Counted from the first letter of the whole stretch, positions 10,015-21,260 are shown. The stretch is 62,908 nucleotides of DNA, filler included, from 5 parts of 5 records of this genome joined end to end with filler, not necessarily neighbours in it; one strand, 5' to 3'. Made by a program: numbers and translations. The notes: generated by a model from the sequence alone, not told the origin.

Positions 10015-10506
10015 ATGACGACACGATTTAAAGCCCGCACTTCTACCCCTGTTTTACTGTGCGTTGCAGCGGGCTTGGCCCTTTCTGCCTGTGGTAATGG
10101 CCGCATGGTCCGCGGCTATGTTTTTGACAAACAGCTCGCTGACGCCATCCAGCCAGGCGTTGATAACCGGCAGTCGGTAGAATCAACGCTAGGCACCCCA
10201 ACCGTTCGCGCGGCCTTTGATGAGAACAGATGGTATTATGTGTCAACCACGGTTCGCGTACGCCCTGTCTTCTGGCCCGACCCGAAAGAACACCGCGTGA
10301 TGGCTGTTGCTTTTAATGACAAAGGTGTCGTTACCGACGTTGAAAACTTTGATCTCAGCCATATGCGTAGTGTTGACCCTGTAGGCGATAAAACGCCGAC
10401 GCGCGGCCGTGACCTCAATTTCTTCCAGCAGATTTTCGGTAACGTTGGGCGATTCTCTGGCTCCGCCCCTGTTGGTTCCGGCCCAACCCGCGGCCCGAAC
10501 GGCTAA
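10015..10506 (+). CDS. bamE: Outer membrane protein assembly lipoprotein BamE
   Basis: Lipobox LSAC, then LGTPT...WYYVS...TPTRGR...QQIFGNVG. Confidence 0.9.
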   Translation: MTTRFKARTSTPVLLCVAAGLALSACGNGRMVRGYVFDKQLADAIQPGVDNRQSVESTLGTPTVRAAFDENRWYYVSTTVRVRPVFWPDPKEHRVMAVAFNDKGVVTDVENFDLSHMRSVDPVGDKTPTRGRDLNFFQQIFGNVGRFSGSAPVGSGPTRGPNG

Positions 10507-10530
10507 TCGCCTCGCATAAATCAGCAATAG

Positions 10531-10564
10531 AAAAAGCCCCGGCAAAACCGGGGCTTTCTTGTTT
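10531..10564. terminator. Bidirectional intrinsic terminator between bamE and hppA
   Basis: AAAAAGCCCCGG-CAAAA-CCGGGGCTTTCTT. Confidence 0.85.
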
Positions 10565-10581
10565 GGGCATATGCCCTGACT

Positions 10582-12669
10582 TTAGTGCGCCAGCATCGCC
10601 AGCAGCAGCAGTGCCACGATGTTCGTGATCTTGATCATCGGGTTCACAGCCGGGCCCGCAGTATCCTTGTATGGGTCACCAACGGTATCACCGGTCACTG
10701 CAGCTTTATGAGCCTCAGAACCTTTACCACCGTGGTTGCCATCCTCGATATATTTCTTCGCGTTATCCCACGCACCGCCACCTGCGGTCATGGAAAGCGC
10801 CACAAAGAGGCCGCCAACGATCACACCAAGAAGGAGCGCGCCGAGGGCTGCAAACGCAGCTCCCTGCCCTGCAATAGCGTTGATCACATAGTAGATGATG
10901 ATCGGTGCCGCCACAGGCAGAAGGCTCGGAACTACCATTTCCTTGATTGCCGCTTTGGTCAAAAGGTCTACTGACCGTGCATAATCAGGCTTGGAGGTGC
11001 CCGCCATGATACCTGGATTTTCACGGAATTGAGCCCGAACCTCTTCAACAACCGCACCACCTGCACGACCAACAGCCATCATACCCATGGCGCCGAACAG
11101 ATACGGCAACAAAGCACCGATAAACAGCCCGACGACCACATAGGGGTTGGATAGGCCGAAATCGACCTCCACATGGCTGAAGTAGGTATTAAGGTCAGCT
11201 GTATAAGCGCCGAAGAGCACAAGTGCAGCGAGACCAGCAGAACCGATAGCATAGCCTTTGGTTACCGCTTTTGTGGTGTTACCAACAGCGTCCAGCGCAT
11301 CTGTACGGCCACGGACTTCATCGTCAAGACCGGCCATTTCCGCAATACCGCCCGCGTTGTCGGTAACCGGGCCGTAAGCGTCAAGAGCCACAACCATACC
11401 CGCAAGTGCAAGCATTGCTGTTGCCGCGAAACCAAGGCCAAGGATACCTGCAAAGTTATAGGCAACGATGATGCCCGCGCAGATAACAATGGCAGGCAGC
11501 GCCGTTGCTTCCATGGATACAGCAAGCCCCTGGATAACGTTTGTACCGTGGCCCGTCTCAGATGCTTTCGCAATAGACCGTACCGGGCGATACTCTGTGC
11601 TGGTATAATACTCCGTAATCCAGATGATCAGACCCGTTACCACGAGGCCCACGAGACCGCAGTAATAAAGAGCTTTACCGGTGAACACCGTAGCGCCTGC
11701 CATAAACTCTTTGTCCATGGCACCGCCAAGTGCCCAATCCATAGCAAACCACATGACAATCGCTGAGGTAACAGCGGTCACAACAAAGCCCTTATAAAGC
11801 GCACCCATGATGGACTGGCTTTTACCAAGCTTCACAAAGAAGGTGCCAAGAATAGAGGTCAGGATACAAGCGCCACCAATGATAAGCGGCAACTGCATGA
11901 TCTCTGCGGCCCCAGACGCAATGAACAGTGCCGACAGCACCATTGTTGCACCAATGGTCACCACATAGGTCTCAAAGAGATCAGCCGCCATGCCTGCACA
12001 GTCACCAACGTTGTCACCAACGTTATCAGCAATAACTGCGGGGTTACGCGGATCATCCTCTGGGATACCGGCTTCTACCTTGCCAACAAGGTCTGCACCT
12101 ACGTCAGCGCCTTTGGTAAAGATACCGCCGCCGAGACGAGCAAAGATGGAAATCAGCGACGCACCAAACCCGAGCGACACCAAACCATCAATCACCGGAC
12201 GTGCTGTCGGCTCAATACCCATTGGGCCAATCAAAATATAATAATAGCCCGCAACCGCGAGAAGCGCGAGGCCCGCAACGAGCATCCCGGTGACTGCACC
12301 AGAACGGAACGCCAAGGTCAGGCCTTGCTGCAAGCCAACACTGGCCGCTTGCGTCGTGCGTACGTTGGCTTTCACAGAGATCAGCATGCCAATATAGCCT
12401 GCTACACCGGAAAGCACCGCACCGATAACAAAACCAAGCGTGGCAAGCATGCCTAGCGCGAGGAACAAGCCAATCGCAACCACAACACCAACAACGGCGA
12501 TAGTTTTATATTGCCTGTTCAGATAGGCCTGCGCGCCTTCCTGAATGGCTTTGGCGATTTCCTGCATTTTTTCGCTGCCCGCGTCGGCAGCTAGAATAGA
12601 CTGACGCGTCACAATACCGTAAAGGACGGCCGCAACACCGCATCCAAGCGCGGCGTACAATACTACCAT
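10582..12669 (-). CDS. hppA: Membrane-bound H+-translocating pyrophosphatase (K+-independent type)
   Basis: [48 protein letters not shown]. Confidence 0.96.
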   Translation of the reverse strand: MVVLYAALGCGVAAVLYGIVTRQSILAADAGSEKMQEIAKAIQEGAQAYLNRQYKTIAVVGVVVAIGLFLALGMLATLGFVIGAVLSGVAGYIGMLISVKANVRTTQAASVGLQQGLTLAFRSGAVTGMLVAGLALLAVAGYYYILIGPMGIEPTARPVIDGLVSLGFGASLISIFARLGGGIFTKGADVGADLVGKVEAGIPEDDPRNPAVIADNVGDNVGDCAGMAADLFETYVVTIGATMVLSALFIASGAAEIMQLPLIIGGACILTSILGTFFVKLGKSQSIMGALYKGFVVTAVTSAIVMWFAMDWALGGAMDKEFMAGATVFTGKALYYCGLVGLVVTGLIIWITEYYTSTEYRPVRSIAKASETGHGTNVIQGLAVSMEATALPAIVICAGIIVAYNFAGILGLGFAATAMLALAGMVVALDAYGPVTDNAGGIAEMAGLDDEVRGRTDALDAVGNTTKAVTKGYAIGSAGLAALVLFGAYTADLNTYFSHVEVDFGLSNPYVVVGLFIGALLPYLFGAMGMMAVGRAGGAVVEEVRAQFRENPGIMAGTSKPDYARSVDLLTKAAIKEMVVPSLLPVAAPIIIYYVINAIAGQGAAFAALGALLLGVIVGGLFVALSMTAGGGAWDNAKKYIEDGNHGGKGSEAHKAAVTGDTVGDPYKDTAGPAVNPMIKITNIVALLLLAMLAH

Positions 12670-12911
12670 GGGATATTCCCTCCCTAAAACGAACCCAATA
12701 GCTCAGGCTTCTACAGGCGGCGATACTCCCCTACAAAAACCGCCCAGCCCTCTTCATTCTAGGCAAACCCCTTACTCCTGACTAACTCGTGACTAGACAG
12801 GGTGGCCATCACCAACCTTAGGAAGCAAAACCAAAGCTTGCAACCGCCAAAAGCAATGCTCATGGCGGTGGCGGTATGTTCACAATCATTTTCTGGCGGA
12901 AAGTGGCGCTT

Positions 12912-13418
12912 CTAACGGTTCAGGCGCATAGCATTTTTTACAAGCACTGCCTCAACAACACCCGGCCCCAAGACCTCATTAGCTTTGGCTTGCAAGACTT
13001 TACCAACCTTGTCGACGTCAAGTTCAAGAGGCGAATCTTCGCGCATCAGGTCAGCGCGAGAGATGGCAGATACAAAAGCGTGCTGAAGCTGAGTTTCTGC
13101 GCGGCGCACCGCAATCTGGCGGTCCTCACCACGTACTTGCACCACAAGATCAATGAAATAGTTACCAAGGAAGCGTGCTCCCGAATCGGATTTAGAGTAT
13201 AGCGGCACCGCGACACGCTCAAAATCAACAGATAGGACTGGTCCCTTCGGCGCCTTCTTCACTTCTTCCTTCTGGGTGTCTGTGTTCCCAGCAGTATTTT
13301 TGGAGTAATAGTACCCAAGGCCCCCGCCTAGGGCCAAACCGCCTAATAGTCCCAGTATAAGAAGCACCTTGCCCGAACCACCACCTTGCGGCTCCATTGC
13401 GCTTGGATCTTGTGCCAT
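12912..13418 (-). CDS. FliL-like single-pass membrane protein
   Basis: N-terminal Gly-rich TM helix (GLALGGGLGYYY), then a FliL-sized domain ending in NEVLGPGVVEAVLV. Confidence 0.55.
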   Translation of the reverse strand: MAQDPSAMEPQGGGSGKVLLILGLLGGLALGGGLGYYYSKNTAGNTDTQKEEVKKAPKGPVLSVDFERVAVPLYSKSDSGARFLGNYFIDLVVQVRGEDRQIAVRRAETQLQHAFVSAISRADLMREDSPLELDVDKVGKVLQAKANEVLGPGVVEAVLVKNAMRLNR

Positions 13419-13435
13419 ATCTGCGCCTTTATCCC

Positions 13436-14395
13436 TTATGTTTCAAAATGTTGAAAGCCTGAACGCCCAGTGTGCACCAGCTTACCGTTTTGATCAACAA
13501 GACGAACACCTGCCTTTTCTGTTACACAGCCAATGGCGGCCAACGGTACGCCTAAGCTCGCGCATAGGGATTCAATATCGTCTTGCTTTGACTGATCGGC
13601 CGTGAACACTAGTTCATAGTCATCACCGCCCGAGTAGATGCAACTTTCAAGCTCAGGTGCCAAAGCAAGCAATTCCCGAACCGTCGGTGAACGCGGTATT
13701 TCAGCTAGATTGACGTCTGCACCAACACCTGAAGCCGCTGTGATATGCCCGAGATCGGCAAGAAGCCCGTCTGAAATGTCCGCACAGGCGTTAGCAAATG
13801 ATGCGAGTTCTATACCGAGCGCCGTGCGTGCTTCAGGGTACCGATAGCGCGCGATTAAGCACTCATCCGGTTCTATCTCTTCTTCAAGGCATTTCAGGCC
13901 CAACGCAGCGTCGCCCAACGCGCCAGTTACAAAGACAAGGTCGCCAACTTGTGCGCTGGACCTGCGAAGCATGCGCCCCTCAGGCACCGTACCCATCGCG
14001 GTAATTGACACAGTGACACCGCTCAGGCTGCGTGTCGTGTCACCACCCGCAAGCCGTATGCCGCTTTGGTCCTGTAGCTTTGCCAAAGCATCCGAAAATT
14101 CCGCTAACCATTCATCGCTGACATCGCTTGGAAGGCTGAGACCGAGGAAATAATGCTTTGGCATTGCGCCTTTTGCCGCAAGGTCAGAAAGACTTGCCAC
14201 AAGAGACTTGTGGGCGATACTGCTTGCCGGGTCATCACCGAAAAAGTGCACGCCTTCAACGAGCATGTCTTTGGTGACAATGAGATCAAAACCGGGCTCA
14301 ACCCTCAGGCAAGCTGCATCGTCCCCCAGCCCCAGCCCTTCCGGGCCAGCTAGCGGGGAAAAATACCGATGAATGAGATCAAATTCGTTCGCCAT
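13436..14395 (-). CDS. thiL: Thiamine-monophosphate kinase
   Basis: EFDLIHRYF, GDDAA, DMLVEGVHF, SDLAAKGA, GGDT, DISDGL, GGDDYEL. Confidence 0.95.
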   Translation of the reverse strand: MANEFDLIHRYFSPLAGPEGLGLGDDAACLRVEPGFDLIVTKDMLVEGVHFFGDDPASSIAHKSLVASLSDLAAKGAMPKHYFLGLSLPSDVSDEWLAEFSDALAKLQDQSGIRLAGGDTTRSLSGVTVSITAMGTVPEGRMLRRSSAQVGDLVFVTGALGDAALGLKCLEEEIEPDECLIARYRYPEARTALGIELASFANACADISDGLLADLGHITAASGVGADVNLAEIPRSPTVRELLALAPELESCIYSGGDDYELVFTADQSKQDDIESLCASLGVPLAAIGCVTEKAGVRLVDQNGKLVHTGRSGFQHFET

Positions 14396-14452
14396 GCCAC
14401 CTCTGGTGGCTGGTCACCATAGGTTCTCCAGCCAGATCACACGCGAATAGCT

Positions 14453-14917
14453 TTAACGAACAGCCTTCGCGATCTTGTCGAGAACGCCGTTTACAAATGA
14501 TGCTTCCGTACGTTCATAAAACGCGTGCGCCACATCAACATATTCATTGATGATCACCGCGGTCGGCACGTCAGGGCGCGCGATAAGCTCATAGGTGCCC
14601 GCACGCAGGATCGCCCGGACGATTGCCTCAATGCGCTCAAGCGACCAATCTTTCGACAGGCATGGCTTGATGGCATCATTCAACTCATCAAGGCGTTGCC
14701 AAGCACCTTCCACAATGTCCGCAAAAAGGTCAGCGTCTGCATCCACATACTGCTCACCTTCGATCTCAGCACCAAGGCGGTGACGAATATACTCCTCGAT
14801 CACCATCTTAATCTTGGGCTCGTCAGACATTTCAAGCTGATAGAGCGCCTGAACAGCGCCAAGGCGCGCTGCGCTTCTTGGGCCGCCAGTTATATTCTTT
14901 TTACGGCGTTCAGCCAT
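14453..14917 (-). CDS. nusB: Transcription antitermination factor NusB
   Basis: RSAARLGAVQALYQ...ILRAGTYEL...VIINEYV...FVNGVLD. Confidence 0.95.
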   Translation of the reverse strand: MAERRKKNITGGPRSAARLGAVQALYQLEMSDEPKIKMVIEEYIRHRLGAEIEGEQYVDADADLFADIVEGAWQRLDELNDAIKPCLSKDWSLERIEAIVRAILRAGTYELIARPDVPTAVIINEYVDVAHAFYERTEASFVNGVLDKIAKAVR

Positions 14918-15357
14918 TATAAAACTCCAAACTCTTTTTTAAAGCCAACCATGGCCAGCGCGGCTTCTGCAGCTCCTGCGCCCTTGTTTTTGTCGCTGCG
15001 GTTCGCGCGTGCCCAAGCTTGCTTATCGTCTTCCACGGTCAATATACCGTTACCAATAGCGAGGTTGTGTTTGAGAGCAAGGTCCTGAAGGCCACGCGCG
15101 CTTTCGCCGCACACATAGTCATAGTGCGTGGTCTCGCCCCGAATGACGCAGCCAAGTGCCACATACCCATCAAAGGAGACTTTTTCGCCCGCGTGAGCAA
15201 ATTTGATCGCCGCCGGTATCTCAAGCGCACCGGGTACAGCAACCCGTTCCCAGGTGGCGCCCGCAGCTTCAATCGCCTCGATCGCGCCAGCAGCCATTTC
15301 ATTGGCCAAGTCTTCATAGAACCGCGCTTCAACAATCAATATGTGGGGCGATGCCAT
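14917..15357 (-). CDS. ribH: 6,7-dimethyl-8-ribityllumazine synthase
   Basis: VPGALEIP, ALGCVIRGETTHYDYVC, NGILT. Confidence 0.95.
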   Translation of the reverse strand: MASPHILIVEARFYEDLANEMAAGAIEAIEAAGATWERVAVPGALEIPAAIKFAHAGEKVSFDGYVALGCVIRGETTHYDYVCGESARGLQDLALKHNLAIGNGILTVEDDKQAWARANRSDKNKGAGAAEAALAMVGFKKEFGVL

Positions 15358-15388
15358 ACTCAATTCCTTAAATCATAAGAAGCTATAC

Positions 15389-16495
15389 TCAAGCTTCGGG
15401 GATTGGCCGTTGTTCTACGACATCAAGGCCGTATCCTTCAAGCCCAACAATGTGGCTTGGTGTATTCGAATAAAGCATCATGTGGCGCACACCAATGTCG
15501 CGCAATATCTGTGCACCAATACCGTATTCCTTGAGCGCGCCCTCTTTTTTCGCGGCGGGTGCTTTTTCGCCCTCAAGGAGCTGTGACGGCCGCATAGCTG
15601 TAAGGCCAGGAAATAACACAACAACACCCGCACCTTCAGCTTCAATAGCATTCAACGCACGCTGCAGTTGGCCCGTGCGCGGATGGTCCATACCAAGGAT
15701 GTCCTCGAACGGATTCAGGGAGTGCATACGCACTGGCGTTGGCTTCTCGGCGTCGATATCACCAAGCACGAGAGCTACCGTTTCCCGCCGGTCTGCCGTC
15801 GCACGATACACGATTACCTTCCATTCCTTACCAGAACTGCGTGGGAAGCTTGATTCTGAAACCCGCTCGACCAACACATCGTTCTTCAGTCGGTAAGCAA
15901 TAAGGTCACGGATAGTCGCAACCTTCAGGCCGTGTTCTTTTGCAAAGTCCACCAGATCAGGCAGGCGGGCCATAGTGCCATCTTCATTCATGATCTCACA
16001 GATCACAGCAGACGGGTTAAGCCCCGCCAGACGTGAAATATCAACCGATGCTTCTGTATGTCCTGCGCGTACGAGCACGCCCCCGTCCTGCGCTACCAGC
16101 GGGAATACATGTCCCGGGCTTGCGAGGTCGTCTTTGCCTTTTGAGGCATCGATTGCGACCGCAATGGTCCGCGCGCGGTCTGCAGCAGAAATCCCTGTAG
16201 TCACGCCTACTTTTGCTTCAATGGAAACCGTGAATGCTGTCTGGTGGCGCGCGTTGTTGTTGCTGCTCATCAGTGGCAGCTCAAGCGCTTCAACACGCTT
16301 GCGGCTCAACGGCAAGCAAATCAGCCCCCGTCCATGCCGCGCCATGAAGTTGACCGCCTCTGGTGTCGCCATCTGTGCCGGAATAATCAGGTCACCCTCA
16401 TTTTCACGGTCTTCGTCATCCACAAGGATATACATGCGCCCGTTGCGCGCATCTTCGATCACTTCTTCGATGGGGGAGAGAAAATCTTGTGGCAC
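15389..16495 (-). CDS. ribB: DHBP synthase RibB fused to a degenerate GTP cyclohydrolase II-like domain (RibBX-type)
   Basis: DDEDRENEGD, TAFTVSI, GVTTGISAADR, RAGHTEA, CEIMNEDG. The C-terminal domain lacks the Zn-binding cysteines. Confidence 0.92.
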   Translation of the reverse strand: MPQDFLSPIEEVIEDARNGRMYILVDDEDRENEGDLIIPAQMATPEAVNFMARHGRGLICLPLSRKRVEALELPLMSSNNNARHQTAFTVSIEAKVGVTTGISAADRARTIAVAIDASKGKDDLASPGHVFPLVAQDGGVLVRAGHTEASVDISRLAGLNPSAVICEIMNEDGTMARLPDLVDFAKEHGLKVATIRDLIAYRLKNDVLVERVSESSFPRSSGKEWKVIVYRATADRRETVALVLGDIDAEKPTPVRMHSLNPFEDILGMDHPRTGQLQRALNAIEAEGAGVVVLFPGLTAMRPSQLLEGEKAPAAKKEGALKEYGIGAQILRDIGVRHMMLYSNTPSHIVGLEGYGLDVVEQRPIPEA

Positions 16496-16498
16496 GGT

Positions 16499-17098
16499 TT
16501 AACCTTTATCCTGAAGGCGCGATACATACCGCGCCAAAATATCAAACTCTACGTTCACCCGGTCACTGCTCTTACTGTTCCTGAAGCTTGTCACCGCTTG
16601 AGTATGTGGGATCAAGTTGATGGAGAAGCAGGTAGCTTCACCACCGTCTTCAACTGCATTGACTGTGAGCGAAGCGCCATCAATGGCAACACTGCCCTTT
16701 TGCGCGACAAAATTCCCAAGTGAGCGTGGCACAGCAATATCCATCACGATAGAGCCGCCAACCTCATCAAAACGAACGATCTCACCGACGCAATCAACAT
16801 GCCCGGTGACAATATGGCCACCAAGTTCATCGCCTACCTTGAGGGAGCGCTCCAGATTGATCTCACTGCCAACCTGCCAGTCACCAAGGTTCGTAACCTT
16901 AAGCGTTTCCGCCGATACATCGGCTTTGAACCAGCCCTTACCCTTGTCAACAACCGTCAAACACACACCGGCGCAAGCGATCGAGGCACCAATCTGAGCT
17001 TTCGCCATATCATATGTGGTTGCGACAGTGACACTGAGGTCGCCTTCACCTTCAAGTGCCGTAATACGGCCTATATCTGTAACAATTCCGGTAAACAT
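16499..17098 (-). CDS. ribE: Riboflavin synthase (alpha chain)
   Basis: MFTGIV, GVCLTV, NLERSL, GGHIVTGHVD, KGSVAIDGASLTVN. Confidence 0.95.
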   Translation of the reverse strand: MFTGIVTDIGRITALEGEGDLSVTVATTYDMAKAQIGASIACAGVCLTVVDKGKGWFKADVSAETLKVTNLGDWQVGSEINLERSLKVGDELGGHIVTGHVDCVGEIVRFDEVGGSIVMDIAVPRSLGNFVAQKGSVAIDGASLTVNAVEDGGEATCFSINLIPHTQAVTSFRNSKSSDRVNVEFDILARYVSRLQDKG

Positions 17099-17107
17099 GG
17101 GCCTCAG

Positions 17108-18202
17108 TTACTCCGGCTTTTCATATGATGCAAGTATATCCGCACCCAGACGGCGCAGTGATGTGCACGTTAGATGGGGCGCATGGTCAAGCGAGGCAAG
17201 TCCCAAATCTCCCACCATTGCCATGCTTTCGCTTCCCAGCAGCTTTGGTGCGGTAAAATGCAAGACCCTGTCAGCTAGGCCTGCCTTGAGGAGTGAGGCG
17301 TGTACACGCCCCCCACCTTCCACCAGCACGCGGGTTAGCCCACACGCCGCAAGACGTCTGGCAATCGCTATCATGTCGTCGAGTGTATCCAACATTTCAA
17401 CCGTCACGCCAACCGCACGCAAAGCATTCACATTTTCTTCATCAGCCTGCCCGCAAAGCACTAATGTAGGTATCTGGCCCGCCGTAGCGACCAGCTTGCT
17501 TTCAAGCGGGATTCGCAAGCTACTATCGAGCACAATACGGGTCGGTGACCTGTCCTCAAGCCCCGGCAGCCGACAATTCAGCACAGGGTTATCTGCAAGC
17601 ACAGTACCAATACCAACAAGAATGGCATCATGGCGCGCCCGCAACATGTGCCCGTAGGCACGCGCTTCACTCCCTGTGATCCATTGGCTATCACCGTTAG
17701 CTAACGCGATCTTCCCGTCCGCGCTTGAGGCAATCTTGAGGGTGAACATTGGCCGGCCTTTGCCAACTTTGGTAAGAAAACCGTGGTTGATGGCCCTGGC
17801 TTCGGCCACACAGATACCTGTCTCAACCGTAACGCCCGCATCTCGCAACATCGCGAACCCTTTACCACAGACACGCTCATCCGGATCGCTGATTGCGCAA
17901 ACAACACGCACAACGCCTGCATCTATCAGGGCTTGCGCACAAGGGCCGGTTTGTCCGGTATGCGAACACGGCTCAAGGGTGACATATGCGGTTGCACCTT
18001 TTGCCTTATCGCCAGCTTGAGCCAGCGCCTCGGTTTCCGCATGCGGTCTCCCGCCATGCTGGGTAAAACCCCGCCCAACGATAACGCCGTCTTTTACAAT
18101 CACACAACCAACTGCTGGGTTTGGCGCAACAAGACCGAGGCCGCGCTGAGCCAAACCCAGCGCGACCTTCATATAGGCTTCATCTTGTCTTGTGGTTGCC
18201 AC
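17108..18202 (-). CDS. ribD: Bifunctional riboflavin deaminase/reductase RibD
   Basis: PNPAVGCVIV, HAE, TLEPCSH...PC, SQWITG, LVEGG. Confidence 0.95.
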   Translation of the reverse strand: MATTRQDEAYMKVALGLAQRGLGLVAPNPAVGCVIVKDGVIVGRGFTQHGGRPHAETEALAQAGDKAKGATAYVTLEPCSHTGQTGPCAQALIDAGVVRVVCAISDPDERVCGKGFAMLRDAGVTVETGICVAEARAINHGFLTKVGKGRPMFTLKIASSADGKIALANGDSQWITGSEARAYGHMLRARHDAILVGIGTVLADNPVLNCRLPGLEDRSPTRIVLDSSLRIPLESKLVATAGQIPTLVLCGQADEENVNALRAVGVTVEMLDTLDDMIAIARRLAACGLTRVLVEGGGRVHASLLKAGLADRVLHFTAPKLLGSESMAMVGDLGLASLDHAPHLTCTSLRRLGADILASYEKPE

Positions 18203-18215
18203 CCTTGGCTCCCGC

Positions 18216-18698
18216 TCAAGGTTCCTCGTGGAAAACCTCGTCTTCTTCCGTACCAGTCATCTTGCCGAGAAATTTTTCAAAGTCTGAGGCTTCCCGGAAA
18301 TTCCGATAAACGGACGCATAGCGCACATAGGCTACCTGATCCAGACTCTCAAGGCCTTCCATGACTAAACGGCCAATCTGGTCACTATCGATTTCGTTTT
18401 CGCCCATTGATTCGAGCCTGCGCACGATACCATTGATCATGCGTTCCACCCGGTCAGGGTCAACGGGTCGTTTCCTGAGCGCAATGTCAAGGGAGCGCTC
18501 AAGCTTGTTGCGTTCAAACGGCACCTTTCGGCCCGTTTTCTTCACAACTGTCAGCTCCCGCAGTTGCACACGCTCAAATGTGGTGAACCTGGCCCCACAC
18601 GCTGGGCAGAACCGACGTCTTCGAATGGCCGACTTGTCGTCAGTCGGCCGTGAATCTTTTACCTGTGTGTCTTCGTTTTGACAAAACGGACAACGCAT
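18216..18698 (-). CDS. nrdR: Transcriptional repressor NrdR
   Basis: MRCPFC...VKDSR...[21 protein letters not shown] cone, [10 protein letters not shown]. Confidence 0.96.
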   Translation of the reverse strand: MRCPFCQNEDTQVKDSRPTDDKSAIRRRRFCPACGARFTTFERVQLRELTVVKKTGRKVPFERNKLERSLDIALRKRPVDPDRVERMINGIVRRLESMGENEIDSDQIGRLVMEGLESLDQVAYVRYASVYRNFREASDFEKFLGKMTGTEEDEVFHEEP

Positions 18699-18771
18699 GG
18701 TGCCCCTACTCCCCAATTTTAGCCATTTTTAGGTGCAGGACGCTGGCGTCCCACACCATCTGGTAATGACC

Positions 18772-20064
18772 TTAGCCCAATTCACTATAGATGGGGAAGC
18801 GTTCACAAAGAACAGCTACTTTTTTCCTGACAGATTCTTCTGCCGCATCGTTGTTTTCACCGTGTGCAGCCAGACCATCGAGCACCTCGGTCATCATGTC
18901 TGCAATCTCAGTGAACTCAGCCTCAGCAAAACCACGTGTCGTGCCAGCTGGTGTGCCAACGCGAATACCAGATGTGATAAATGGCTTTTCCGGATCAAAC
19001 GGCACACCATTTTTGTTACAGGTCATGCGCGCGCGCTCAAGCGCTTCATCAGCCGCCTTACCGGTCAGGCCTTTCGGACGCAGGTCAACAAGCACAACGT
19101 GTGTATCAGTACCACCGGAGACGATGTCAAAACCGTTTTCCTTGAGGCGGGCAGCCAACACTTTTGCGTTTTTTACAACTTGATCAGCGTAGTCCTTGAA
19201 TTCAGGGCGCAGCGCTTCACCAAAGGCAACAGCTTTTGCGGCAATCACATGCATAAGCGGACCACCTTGCAGGCCAGGGAATACAGCTGAGTTGATCTTT
19301 TTCGCGATGTCTTCACGGTTGGTGAGGATCATGCCACCACGCGGCCCGCGCAGGGTTTTGTGGGTGGTGGTGGTAACAACATCCGCGAACTCAACCGGGT
19401 TCGGGTGCGCACCACCTGCAACAAGCCCCGCAAAGTGAGCCATATCCACCATCAACAAAGCGTCAACACTGTCCGCGATCTCCCGGAAACGCTTGAAATC
19501 AATGAAACGTGGGTAAGCTGAACCGCCTGCGATAATAATGGTTGGCTTGTGCTCAAGTGCCATTTCGGCGACCTGGTCATAGTCGATCAGAGCATCTTCG
19601 CGGCGTACGCCATATTGGACAGCGTTAAACCACTTACCGGAAAGAGCTGGCGCTGCACCGTGGGTCAGGTGACCGCCCGCATCCAATGACATACCCATAA
19701 TCGTGTCGCCCGGCTTGGTTAGCGCAAGCATCACTGCACCGTTTGCCTGTGCGCCAGAGTGCGGCTGTACATTTACAAAACCAGCATTGAAGAGCTTCTT
19801 TGCCCGCTCGATCGCCAAGCTTTCAGCGATATCGACGTGGTGACACCCCTGATAGTAGCGGCGACCTGCATAACCTTCAGCATATTTGTTGGTCATTACA
19901 GAGCCCTGCGCTTCAAGAACCGCGCGGCTTACAATGTTTTCAGAAGCAATCAGCTCGATCTGATCCTGCTGGCGTTTCAGCTCGCCATCAAGTGATGCAA
20001 GCAAATCCGGGTCAGTTTCAGAGAGGTGGGCGGAGAAAAATCCAGGTTGGGCGAAATTTGTCAT
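18772..20064 (-). CDS. glyA: Serine hydroxymethyltransferase
   Basis: [44 protein letters not shown]. Confidence 0.97.
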   Translation of the reverse strand: MTNFAQPGFFSAHLSETDPDLLASLDGELKRQQDQIELIASENIVSRAVLEAQGSVMTNKYAEGYAGRRYYQGCHHVDIAESLAIERAKKLFNAGFVNVQPHSGAQANGAVMLALTKPGDTIMGMSLDAGGHLTHGAAPALSGKWFNAVQYGVRREDALIDYDQVAEMALEHKPTIIIAGGSAYPRFIDFKRFREIADSVDALLMVDMAHFAGLVAGGAHPNPVEFADVVTTTTHKTLRGPRGGMILTNREDIAKKINSAVFPGLQGGPLMHVIAAKAVAFGEALRPEFKDYADQVVKNAKVLAARLKENGFDIVSGGTDTHVVLVDLRPKGLTGKAADEALERARMTCNKNGVPFDPEKPFITSGIRVGTPAGTTRGFAEAEFTEIADMMTEVLDGLAAHGENNDAAEESVRKKVAVLCERFPIYSELG

Positions 20065-20122
20065 GAGCGGAAATCCCTAGGCACAGAAATAAGGTGAGAG
20101 TCGGACTGGGTTTGGAATACTC

Positions 20123-20566
20123 TTAAGAGCCGAGTTTGTCGACCCGCCTTTGGTGACGGCCCCCTTCAAACTCGGTATTCAGAAACTCTTCAAGGCAATC
20201 TTTTGCGGTCTCAATACCAATAAGGCGGGCACCGAGCGCCAAAACGTTGGCATCGTTGTGTTGCCGTGCGAGGCGCGCTGCAAGCCCCGTTTGCACAAGT
20301 GCGGCTCGAACCGCAGGGTTGCGATTTGCCGCGATGGAGATACCAATGCCGGAACCGCATACCACAATACCACGTTTTGCTTGGCCCGCCGCTATCGCCT
20401 CACCAATCGCCCTGCCATAATCCGGATAATCAACCGACTGAAGATCGTGGCAACCGAGGTCCAGGACGTCAAATCCACGTGCTTGCAAATCGTTCTTGAG
20501 ATCTTCCTTGAGGTCAAATCCAGCGTGATCGCTAGCGATGGCAATTGTTTCAGCAGTCATCATCAT
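20123..20566 (-). CDS. rpiB: Ribose 5-phosphate isomerase B
   Basis: SDHAG, SVDYPD, CGSGIGISIAANR, HNDANVL, FEGGRH. Confidence 0.95.
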   Translation of the reverse strand: MMMTAETIAIASDHAGFDLKEDLKNDLQARGFDVLDLGCHDLQSVDYPDYGRAIGEAIAAGQAKRGIVVCGSGIGISIAANRNPAVRAALVQTGLAARLARQHNDANVLALGARLIGIETAKDCLEEFLNTEFEGGRHQRRVDKLGS

Positions 20567-20846
20567 GGGGTCCGGTCTTGAGGGTTGAAGCAAGGCATCT
20601 TCTGGTTCCAGCGCGCCAAATTCTGCGCTTGATTATCATAGTTGCCCGACGAACCCAAGCTTCCAGTTGTCTGACACAAGCCATACAAGGACCCGCAACA
20701 ATAGGTACTCTAATTACTTGCTATCTGTATTTATTAACAATTTATTAATAACTAAAATTGCACATCGCAACCATTTGCTGTTGAATTCCTCTATGAAATG
20801 CTGCAATAAACGACGCAAGTTAACTTCCAATCGGAGCGTCGATTTC

Positions 20847-21260
20847 ATGCCCGACAATACAATACATACAAGTGGCGAAGATATTATGCTCGGCCTTGCT
20901 ACGGATATAGTCACGGCCTACGTGAGCAATAACCGTGTCGAATCTGCGCAACTGCCAGAAGTTATCAGGACGGTGTATTCAACACTTAACCAGTTGAATG
21001 GCTTTGCACATTCCAAAGAAGAAGCACTCTCACCCGCGGTGCCTATCAAAAAGTCATTCACTGACGATTATCTTATCTGCCTGGAAGACGGCAAAAAACT
21101 GAAGATGCTGAAGCGTTACCTGCGCTCGCGTTATGGGTTAAGTCCGGAAGAGTATCGTGCCAAGTGGGGGTTGCCTGCCGACTACCCAATGGTTGCACCC
21201 TCATACGCGGCCAAGCGTTCTGAATTCGCGAAAAAGATTGGCCTTGGTAAAAAGCGCTAA
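20847..21260 (+). CDS. mucR: Ros/MucR family regulator
   Basis: DIVTAYVSNN, PAVPIKKS, ICLEDGKKLKMLKR, EYRAKWGLPADYPMVAP. Confidence 0.93.
   Translation: MPDNTIHTSGEDIMLGLATDIVTAYVSNNRVESAQLPEVIRTVYSTLNQLNGFAHSKEEALSPAVPIKKSFTDDYLICLEDGKKLKMLKRYLRSRYGLSPEEYRAKWGLPADYPMVAPSYAAKRSEFAKKIGLGKKR

Noticed and set aside
12790-12815. Fluoride-riboswitch-like GGTGATGGCCACC in the hppA leader
   Set aside because: The loop is too short and the 3' pseudoknot partner is missing.
17100-18770. FMN riboswitch for the rib genes
   Set aside because: Intergenic gaps are too short and no RFN motif was seen.
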